DNA of 64,000 nt, taken from NCBI RefSeq assembly GCF_009914755.1, contig NC_060939.1. The stretch is one strand, 5' to 3'. Both the position numbers and the translations under genes were made by a program. The DNA comes from the human T2T-CHM13v2.0 reference genome, Homo sapiens. Positions 49,816 to 64,000 of this stretch are shown one piece after another. The number at the start of each line of letters is the position of its first letter. Position 1 is the first letter of the stretch. The notes beneath the pieces are model-generated. The model did not search any database, was not told where the DNA came from, and saw only the letters and a program-made list of their open reading frames with translations.

Positions 49816-50825
49816 AAGATAAACAGAAGCTGTTGAGGAGGCAGAGCTGCTAAGGGTATCATTTTTTTTTCTACTTTGACACCATTTTCAAATAAATTTT
49901 AGTAATTGTGTCACTATCCAGCCTGGATGGATAGCCAGCTTCACTTTGACATTTCTCTTTAGATGCAACAACCTTACAGTGGAGAATTTATTTAAAATTT
50001 TAAATAGATTTTAGAGGATTCTTGGAAGCAAGAAACTATGGCTCTTGCCATTAATCTCTGACTGTGCTAAAATCAGTCCAGTTCTGGGCCAGTGCTTCAA
50101 AACCCTTCCTTTACTGTGCAAGGACAGAACAGAACTGATATGGGGGTGGGGGAGGGAACTAGCTATTTCTGCCACAGCCAATAGTAATATTATGACTGTC
50201 ATCTTTCCAAGAGGTACATCAGGACACAGACTACTCAAAGGTAGATGTCTGGACACTAAGATTTTAATCATTAACTCCTGCCCTTAAGGTTTTCCAGGCC
50301 TAAATCTCCTCTTCTATTCTCTGTGCCATATTATCCTGGGGTTTCAACCAAGTGCTTCAAGGTTGTATATTCGAGCTAGCTTGCTAGCGTCCTCCCTTCC
50401 TTCTTTTGCTCTTAGGTATAATTTACCTACCATAAAATTCACCCATTGTAAGTGTACAATTCATGATTTGTAGCACATTTATGGAGTGTGCAGCCATCAC
50501 CCCTATGTAGTTTCAGAATGTTTCCATTAGCCCAAAAAGATCCTTAATGCTCATTTGTAGTCAATCCCTATCCTACCCTAACCCAGGCAATCACAAATCT
50601 GCTTTATGTCTCTATCAGAGCTTCTTTTTTGAAGAAAATTTTGGCCTTAACCATCCAAGAACTCCTGCACCTCTACCTGAAGGTGGGGTGCCCTTCTGGC
50701 TAAGAATACAAATTATGTTCTTAAAGTTTTACAATAGAATGCAACTTTATGCTGGTGTGTCTGTTGCAGGCCATGGCCACGTCGGCCATGGAAAGCACCC
50801 GAGTGGAAATAAATAGAAAATTCTT

Positions 50826-51068
50826 CTCCTGCCTCAGCCTCCTGAGTAGCTGGATTACAGGCATGTGCCACCACACCTGGCTAATATTTTGTATTTTTAG
50901 TAGAGATGTGGTTTGTCCATGTTGGTCAGGCTGGTCTCCAACTCCTGACCTCAGGTGATCTGCCCACCTCGGCCTCCCAGGTGGAGGTTGCAGTGAGCTG
51001 AGATGGCGCCACTGCACTCCAGCCTAGGCAACGAGAGCAAAACTCTGCCTTAAAAAAAAAAGAAAGAA
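50826..51068. mobile_element. Single Alu insertion with inverted 5' portion
   Basis: Minus segment 50826-50979, plus segment 50980-tail, TSD AGAAAATTCTT (50815-50825, 51069-51079). Confidence 0.9.
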
Positions 51069-52121
51069 AGAAAATTCTTAGGCACTGCAGTAGAGGTACA
51101 AGAAAATGGAGATTGCCTCAAGTGCTGGCACAGCAGGAATTTCAAAGCCTCAGATATGGATAATAACCGCAGGTGACGTGGCCTTCTGAGTAACAAAATG
51201 CTTTATATGGAGGTAAAAGTTGTATCTGGGTGCTAAGCAGTGAGCCCACAGTTCTACATGCTTTGGATCTGGTGGACATCTTACTCTCTGTGAGTTCTCA
51301 AGAATCATTAAATTCGGAGTATACCTCCATGAGGTACAAAAGAGGCAGGCAACAGGGAGCCTCCCTGCCTCCTTGTCTCATTTATATCTTGCACTGCTCT
51401 TCTCCAGCTTCAGGAATAAGTCAAAGTAAAAGGAACTATAAACTGTGTCCAGGTTGTCTCTTGAACCCTGACAGGCTCCAACTTCTGGCTACAGCAGTGT
51501 CTAATATGAAAGCAAACAGACCTTGCTTCAATCAAAACCACAAAACATCTGCATTCTAGTCTCTCACCACAGAGCAATCTTGACCACCCTGCCATCCAGC
51601 TCCTATGTCTCAGAAATATGCCTCAAATATGTTTTTCTGTAGGTTCCTGAGTTATCCCTTCCATGGGCAGGGCACAGGCTTTGAAAAAAGAACTGGCTTT
51701 AAATCTCATTTCTCCTGCTTGCTTATCATAACTGCCCGTCATCTGTAAGCCTGGATTGTAAGAGAGGGATAATATGTAGCCAGGTAGGTTGTTGTGAGAA
51801 TGAGTAAATATAAATATAAAGCTCTGCCCAGTGCCTGGCATGTAGTAAATGCTCGGTATTTACTACATAATGGTAGCGCTAGTAGTCTTCATATTTTAAC
51901 ATGGTTGTTTTCATAGGACAATGACAAAATGTTTGTATTAGAACCTCTCCCTTCTCAAGCCAAGTTAGAGTGTTTTATTTTGGTTTGGAAAACAGTGCAA
52001 CTGTTTGTTAATGCTTATCATCTAGGCTATAGAAAACACATCATAGTTCATAAAATCATTATAATCTCATTTTGGAATCAGGAAACTGAGGCTCAGAGAA
52101 GAATCTCAGCAAAGTCACTCA

Positions 52122-52789
<668 letters not shown>

Positions 52790-53128
52790 ACTAAAGGTCT
52801 CCATAGAGCAAAGGTTCTCCACTCACCTATGGGAGGGGCAGACTTCTACCTACCATGGTGAAAACAGAGTCAATACACGACAATGTCTAATTAGAATGAA
52901 TATGCTCTAATCTGAGGAGAGAGACATATTTCCCTAGGTAAGGGTCACAGTTCATATTCCAAATATGACTGGGATGATATTGCACAGGGGCTCCCTGGGG
53001 GCACTTGGGAGAGAAGACTAGTAAAGAGCTCTGTGAGTCACCCCACAGGGAAATGCAGCAGTCTTGGAGTCTGTCTCTGAAGAGTATTCTACAAGAGAAT
53101 TAGGACCCACTGTGAGCCACTGTGCCTA

Positions 53129-54956
<1,828 letters not shown>

Positions 54957-55034
54957 CACTATTTTATATACTGCATATATTACCATCATAACTATCTTCT
55001 GGTTGACTCTACAATTAGTACGATTAGATCTTAA

Positions 55035-55448
<414 letters not shown>

Positions 55449-56215
55449 TAGATTAGGATTATACCTGAACACAAATATTACATAAATGATCTTACTTTGC
55501 ATTAACAAAAATCAAGCAAATTATAGCAAAATGCTGAAAAAAAAAGTAATTTTTGCTGCAGAGAAATAAATGCTTGCAGCTCATTTCTAGCCAATGGTGG
55601 TTTAGTCATAGGGAGGTTGTTAAACACCTTTCTGAGAAGCTCCCAAGGCACATGTGTTATCTGAGGGAACATATGGAACCCACCATGGGTGCAAACGGGG
55701 TGCCTGGGACTACTTGGATATACAGTTTTGTTAATTTTCCAGTCTTGTTGAAGGATTCACCTTCATTCTGATTAACTTTCTTAAATGTTTACCTTCATAT
55801 TTGCCAACTGCTTAAATTGGTGCTTCAACTGTTGTGACCATCTGCTCAGAGAAAACTTTTAGATTACGTCACAATTTTCAGAGCCTCAAATCAGTTTTAG
55901 AGCTGGAGGAGACCTTAGAAATTGGAAAGTCTAAGTCCTTCACTCTTACGTTAATAAACATCTCTTCACTGCCTGATGTGTGTCAGCCTCAGTGCTAGGT
56001 GCTGGAGATGAAGAGACATCACACATGGCCCCTGGACTCTTAGCACTTACACTCTAGCAGGAAAGAGGAACATCAAAACAGATTCAATAAGGTAATGTGA
56101 ATGGTTATCTGATAAAAGGGAGTCCAGGAAACAAATGTGTTATGTACAAGAGGTGGGCTGAGTCTTTATATATGGTTGAATGTTGACTGAGGGGAGAGGA
56201 AGTGGGAAAAAATTA

Positions 56216-56560
<345 letters not shown>

Positions 56561-56946
56561 TCAATAAATATTAACCGAGCACCAACTATGTATCAGATTG
56601 CCAGACTCAATGCTCATTGCTAAAGATGTGAAAGACATGGCCTTACCCTCAAGGAGTTTATAATTTAGGTGGATGTAAACAAATTACAATTCCTCACAGG
56701 AATTCACTTCCTGTGATAAATGCATGACTAGGTATATGAAAGACATAAAGAATAATCCGTTCTACTTGGAGGTGGGGACAATAGTGGGATGATTATGGAA
56801 GCTCACCTGAAAAGGCTGTTTACCAGGTAGACCAGAGTGGGGAGGGCACTGCAAACAGAAGGGACAGCATGTGTACAACATAGTACGAAGTCTTCCAATA
56901 ACTTTAAACAGTTTGATATGGGTATGCATTTAGTTCATTTAGGCAG

Positions 56947-57620
<674 letters not shown>

Positions 57621-58499
57621 GGGAGAGTGGCAAGAGATGAGACTGGACCGATAAGACAGAGTTGAATCTCGATCAGCTGCACATTCCAAACTAAGGAGCT
57701 TGGATTGTATCCTAGAAGAAATTAGGAATCACTGAAAGGTAAATGGATCCAGGCCTAGATATAATCAAGCTACTCTGAGCTAGCCGATAGATATACAATT
57801 AATTATATTATTATCAATTATTTTCTGTATGTTTCACAATGATAAAGGATGCTCTACTAGCAGAGTGGAGAAGGGTCTGGAGGGGAGCAAGGCTAGATAC
57901 AGGGACTGACCAGTTAGAGACTGTCACCTTGGTTTGTGTGAAAAATGATGAGGGCTGTAACTAAGAGGGTGACATGAAGGAATGAAGAGGAGTGAACAAA
58001 CAGAAGAGAAAGTTCAGTCAGAAGCTGAAGTTCACAGGACTTAGGGAGACACTGAGTATCTGGAGTAAGAGAGATGGAAGAGTCCAGGATGGCTGCTAGG
58101 TTTCTGGCAAGGGAAACTGCGAGGAAGCATTCTCTGAAAATGGAAAGAGAGGTAGATAAACAGGTTCAGGAAGAAAGATGAATTCCCATTTAGACACATG
58201 TTGCAGATGCCTGTTGGACATCCAGATGGAAATTTCTCACAAGCAGGAGTATTTATGAGTCTAGAGCTCATATGTGATGGATGGCTGGAGATATCCATTG
58301 AGTCATCAGAACAGAAATGGAAGCTGAAGCCACAAAAGTGATAGTCTGCATAGGCAACACAAGGAGAGTATAGGCAAGGTTATGGGGATACCAACTTTTA
58401 AGTGGCAGGCAGAGGAAGAGGGAATCAGCCAAAGAGACAGAGATAGAGAAGTGTATTATATATATGTATGCATGTTTATATATATACACATATATATAT

Positions 58500-58998
58500 T
58501 TAAATTTCTGTACATCATGTTTTTTTGTTATATACCACTAAGAGTTATATATTATGATGTTTTGATGTCTTAAAAAAGGGCCCAGCCAAGAGCATGCCTG
58601 TGATACACAAACCAACCAATCAAGAGCCATACCCCCTCTATATGGTCCATACACCCCACAAGACAATATTCCTGTCTCAGTCACCCCAGGGCCAGGTACC
58701 AGGCAACTAGGGACCATCCCTATAGTTCAGAGCCCTCTGAAATTATTCAAACTAGCCAATCCTAAAATGTTTACCCTGACCTGCCTTTTCTTTCCTAATG
58801 AAACTCCAATAAAGGCTCCGGCCTAACGCTTTCCCCTTGCTCCTGTGTTCTGCCTCTGACCACCCTGGTGTCTTTCCCATGTGGCTCTGCGTGGCGTGTT
58901 GTGCTTCCTATCTCCAGGACCTGTGAGTGTAATGAACTTTGTTTTTCGGAGCCTCTCCTGTATCTCCTTTTGTGGCCACCCCTGACTGACCATCACAT
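58500..58998 (+). mobile_element. ERV1 LTR (MER39/MER34-group-like)
   Basis: ggccaggtaccaggcaactag...aaattattcaaactagccaatcctaaa...aataaaggct; subfamily and 5' end uncertain. Confidence 0.65.
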
Positions 58999-59769
58999 AA
59001 AATAATACAGAACAATAAGAAAACAGTGACCCAGGGAAGTGGACAATCATGAGAAACTTGGAAACAAAGTGAGAAGGTTTAAAGGAGGAAGGAGATAAAA
59101 GCATCAAATACTGCACAGATATGAAATATGCCGACAATTTTAGAGTCTTGAATTTGGCCCTGGGACAACTTTTCCCTAGTGAACTTTGCCAGGGTGGTTT
59201 TATTAGAGTGGTTTCAGTGGAGTACTCAAGGGCAGAAACTTGACTGAATTGAACAGAAAAGATAGAGAAGTATAAACTGCAGATGTGGAGTATTCTTTGT
59301 AAAATACGCATGTCGGGGGGAAAGGAGATCCGAGATAGTCTGAAGAGGATACAGGATTGAGGGCAGGGTATCAGTTTTGTTTTGAGACTGAAGAAATTTG
59401 AGCAAGTGTGGGGGTGGAAGCAGCCAGTAAAGACGGAGAGTTGAAAACAGAGAAGAGAGAAGGAATAATTGCAGGCACAACTTGCAAGAGCAGAGGATGC
59501 ACTGGCCAAAGACACAGGGAACTGCAAGCTGCCCAATATCTCCCTCTTCCTGTCCCATTTGACAGGCTCATTTATCAGCTGTGCCCCTGGATAAACTGCA
59601 TAACCTCTTGACCCTCAGCTTTAGTCTTTAAAGTGGTTATTGTCCAAGATCACGAATGGCCTCTGAAAGCAGAGCTCTTTTGATGCCAGCATTCCCCAGG
59701 ACTTTCTGCTGGTGTGTTTTGCCTGTAGATCATTGGGTCAAACTAAGGTTTAAAGTTATGAGTAATTGT

Positions 59770-60405
59770 GCACTGCTATTGGGAATGTAAAATGGCACAG
59801 CCATTATGGAAAACACTACAGTGGTTCCTCAGAAAATTAATAATAAAATTATCATATGATCCAGCAATTCCACTTCTGGGTATGCACCCAAAAGAATAGA
59901 AAGCAGGGACTTGAATAGATATTTGTGTATCTATAATCACAGATGCATTATTCACAATAGCCAAAAGGAGGAAGAAACTCAAGTGTCCATTAATAGATGA
60001 ATGGATAACAAAATATGGTGTAAACATACAATGCAATATTATTCATTAAAAGGGAAGGAAATTCTGACACATGCTACAATGTGGATGAACCTTGAAGACC
60101 TTATGCTAAGTAAAGCCAGTCACAAAACAGCATATAATGTATTTCACTTGCATGAGGTACCTAGAGTAGTCAAATTCATAAAGATAAAGTAGAATGGTGG
60201 TTGCTAGGGGCAGAGGGGAGAGGAAAATACAGTTATGGTTTAATGGGCACAGAATTTCAGTGTGAGAAGATGAAAAAATCTCGAGATGGATGGCGGTGAT
60301 AGTTGCACAACAATGTGAATGTACTTACTGTCAATGACCTGTGCACTTACAAATGGTTAAAATGGTAATTCTTATGTTACATATATTTTACCACAATTTA
60401 AAAAA
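59770..60405 (+). mobile_element. L1MB-type LINE 3' fragment
   Basis: catatgatccagcaattccacttctggg...ggatgaaccttgaagac...gttgcacaacaatgtgaatgtactt...tattttaccacaatttaaaa. Confidence 0.9.
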
Positions 60406-60904
60406 TATATCTGCTTAAGTAAAACAAAATGTCTACAATGAGTAGAAAAAAACACTATAAATTTCATGATGTAACCTTTCTCATGCACATCAACAGGCCC
60501 AAGGATATTACTATCCAGAAGAATATAACTGATGCTTTAACAGGGACTTTTAGTTGCCAGCAAAGATTAAATTATGGCCCATATATTCTGGTTATACCAG
60601 ATAGGTAAGAGCCACATTTTGCAAACATTTCCATCAAAAATGGTTTCAATAAAAAATTTCTGATGCTTAAAGTCTAAGTGTCAGTTATCTAGAAAATTCC
60701 CCTTCATGAAACAGATTTCCTGTTGTCAGAAAATGAGACATAATAATCGATAACATATCAGAGAATGAAAAGACATTGGTGGGCAGAAAAAAATTTCATT
60801 TGAAAATTTGAAAATCTGCTGGAATACCTAGAGTTCTTCACAGAAACTCTCAGAGGCCTAGAGGCCCCTAAGTGTCACACACAAATTTACAGGAAAGAAA
60901 ATAC

Positions 60905-61048
60905 CAGTTGAGTATCCCTACTATGAAAATCTGAAATCCAAAATGCTCCAATGAGCATTTCCTTTGAGTGTCATGTTGGCACTCAAAAAGTTTTGGATTT
61001 GGGGACATTTTGTATTTTGTATTTGGGGATTAGGGATGCCCAATCTCT
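60905..61048. mobile_element. Tigger4/MER46-like TcMar MITE
   Basis: cagttgagtatcccta...atctgaaatccaaaatgctccaa ... ttagggatgcccaatct inverted ends. Confidence 0.75.
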
Positions 61049-61330
61049 ATATTCTTTTCTGGGTAAGTCCTCAATACTTACAAATAATGTCAATAATAGT
61101 CACAAGGAAACAACCAAACTAGCCTACAAGAAGCCCCTTTTCCAAATATCCTTCTTGATTCCCGATACTAGGTGAGGAAGCATTTTTCTTAGTTTTTCAA
61201 TTGTCACACTGCCCCTCTTCAAGTTTTCTATTTCCTGTTCTTGTCTCCTAAATATGGGTATTTCCTGAGGGATAGGCCTTGGTCGCCTTCTCTTCTCTAT
61301 GAATACTTTCCCTGTTGAAAAGATCATATA

Positions 61331-61689
61331 CAGCTGCTCCTTGATTTTTGACGGGGTTATGTCCAGATAAACCCATCACAAGTTGAAAACATCATTAAGT
61401 CAAAAATGCAGTTAGTACACCTAATCTACCAAACATCATAGCTTAGCTTAGCCTACCTTAAACATGCTCAGAACACTTACATTAGCCTATAGTTGGGCAA
61501 GCTCATTTAACACAAAGCTTATTTTATAATAAAATGTTGAATATCTCATATAATTTATTGACTACTGTACGGAAAGTGAAAAACAGAATGTTTGTATAGG
61601 TATTCAAAGTACCCTGCCACTGAATGCACATGGTACCATTGTAAAGTACAACAATCGTTAAGTCAAACAGTCCTGTCGGGGAGCAACTG
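61331..61689. mobile_element. MER47A-like (Tigger) MITE
   Basis: TA|CAGCTGCTCC ... GGAGCAACTG|TA inverted ends with TA duplication, ~360 bp. Confidence 0.8.
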
Positions 61690-61947
61690 TACACCAGTGA
61701 TTTCAACTATTGTTTCTTCATGAATTACTCACACATTTACATATCTGGGTAGAGCCTCTCTTTCCTGAGATTTAGTCTTGTATTTCTAACAACTCCCTGG
61801 AAATTTTCTCTTGAATATTTCACCAGTGTTTCAAATTTTACAAATGTATTTGGGCTCTGAGTTCATTTTTCCCTTAAAGCCACTTTACCTTATGGATATT
61901 CCTTTTCAGCCCCAATTTCCCAGGCTTAAAGAATTGGAGCCTTTCCT

Positions 61948-62262
61948 GATTTCTTTCTTTTCTTTCTTTTTTTTTTTAGATGGAGTCTCACTCTGTCGCC
62001 CAGGCTGGAGGGCAGTGGTGCAATCTCGGCTCACTGCAACCTCTGCCTCCCAAGTTCAAGCAATCCTCCCTGCCTCAGCTTCCCGAGTAGCTGGGATTAC
62101 AGGCGCCCCTGACCACGCCCGGCTAATTTTTTTGATTTTTTAGTAGAGACAGGATTTCACCATGTTGGTCAGGCTGGTCTTGAACTCCTGACCTCAAGTG
62201 ATCCGCCTGCCTCGGCCTCTCAAAGTGCAGGGATTACAGGAGTAAGCCACCGCACCCAGCTC
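61948..62262 (-). mobile_element. Alu (AluS-type)
   Basis: Reverse dimer, TSD CCTGATTTCT. Confidence 0.96.
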
Positions 62263-62383
62263 CTTCCCTGATTTCTACCAATCTTTTTCTCTCGTAATCC
62301 ACTCAGTAACTAAGTATAGTACTATTTACTATTTAGCGCACTATAGCGCGCTAACCAATTGCACTACTGGAGCTCCAGAATAG

Positions 62384-62702
<319 letters not shown>

Positions 62703-62907
62703 TTTTATTCAATTATTGTAACCTTGGTTGTTACACCTCTTACCTTTACTACCCAACACCAAGACTATCCTATTCCCTCATCCATACTATCCTATATACT
62801 TTTGCTAGGTTAATGTTTCTAAAACATTACTTGGAATATTCATAGTTCTATCATTCATTCCACAAACATTTATTCAGTGCTAACGTCATGGAAAAAGCAC
62901 AATGTGG

Positions 62908-63217
62908 GGCTGGGCTCCACGGCTCAGGCCTGTAATCCCAGCCCTTTGGGAGGCTGAGGTGGGTGGACTGCTTGAGCCCAGAGTTCGAGACCAGACTGGG
63001 CAATACTGCAAAATTCCATCTCTACAAAAAATACAAAAAATTAGCAGGGTGGTGGTGTGCACCTGTAGTCCCAGCTCTCCGGAGGCTGAGCTGAGAGGAT
63101 CGCCTGAGCCCAGGAAGTCGAGGCTGCAGTATGCCATGACCACGTCACTGCACTCCAGCCTGGGCAACAGAATGAGACCCTGTGTCAAAGAAACAAACAA
63201 ACAAACAAACAAAAAAA
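62908..63217 (+). mobile_element. Alu (AluJ-type)
   Basis: Dimer, TSD AAAAAGCACAATGT. Confidence 0.95.
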
Positions 63218-64000
63218 GCACAATGTTATACACTCCAGAATGTAGAAATGCATTAGATAAAGGCCTGTTTACAGTTTAATAGGGGGAAAGACTTGCAAGT
63301 AAATAATTTTAGTTCGAAGTTAGAAAGTGGTAATAACTAAATACATGAAATTCCAGAAATATGATGGACTCTCAATAGAAAGAAAAATTATTTCTAGGTA
63401 GAGATGTCACTTTCTAAAGCTTTAAATAATGGAAAGAATTTCAACATTTGGAGATGAGGGGGAGAGACAGGTATTTCATGCAAGGGACATGAGCAATCTA
63501 TAAAAATGTAATAATTTATGCATGACGTACTTCACAGGGTCTGGTTTACCACTGACTGAGGGAGAATGGAAGGGGAACAGCAGAAAATAAAAAAAGTTTT
63601 GAATCCAAGTTAATAAACTTGACCTTTAATCTACAGGCAACAGAGAGCCATTGGATCAGCTATTTTGGATCACGGTGGTGCTTGAAGATGGCTACACCTA
63701 TAGCAGGTATATGTAAGATAGGCTAGTAGCAGAGTGATGCTAGAGGCAGGACATCAATGAGAAAGGTACTGCACTGACACCGTGCAGGGGATGGTAATGA
63801 GAACGTTGATTAGGTGGGGGCAGTGGGTAAGAAGATGCAAGAATTACTGTAGGGGTACAATCGACAGGACTTGGCAAGTGATTGGAGCATGGAAAGGCAA
63901 GAAAGGGCATCAAATCTGACATCAAAGTTTCCAAGTTGGTTGTATTAACAAAAACGGGTGCATAGCCTGGGAAGTAATTTGGGAGGGAAGAGGCCAAGCT

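Noticed and set aside
58823-59536. 237-aa minus-strand ORF
   Set aside because: Spans an LTR and L2-like sequence and shows no protein-family features.

Overview
Human (or closely related hominoid) genomic DNA. It is Alu-rich (about 50 Alu elements, roughly a quarter of the window) and centred on one CpG island at ~30.55-31.35 kb. The island holds a minus-strand first exon ending ...GGAGCAGCGCCGGAG ATG GG|gtgagt. I recognise this from memory as exon 1 of HOMER2 (15q25.2), which encodes only 'MG' before a long intron. Bases 1-30.9 kb are therefore HOMER2 intron 1 (exon 2, EQPIFTTRAHVFQ..., is not in the window) and 31.1-64 kb is upstream DNA. The rest is mostly interspersed repeats: Alu, L1PA/L1M, L2, MIR, MLT1/MST/THE1, ERV LTRs and MER DNA transposons. 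Almost all listed ORFs are Alu-, L2- or GC-content artefacts. I found no novel multi-gene system. The best observations are: (i) a candidate alternative coding first exon (MLKMMEVYKEPR|, same phase-2 donor as exon 1); (ii) two uORFs and a palindromic PAR-bZIP/NFIL3 site at the promoter; (iii) an Alu with a twin-priming-type 5' inversion and intact TSD; (iv) four short local copies of apparently unique intronic DNA, one pasted inside an Alu; (v) a dense cluster of short palindromes; and (vi) a deletion junction between inverted Alus. Repeat subfamily names and the boundaries of old repeats are by eye and approximate.
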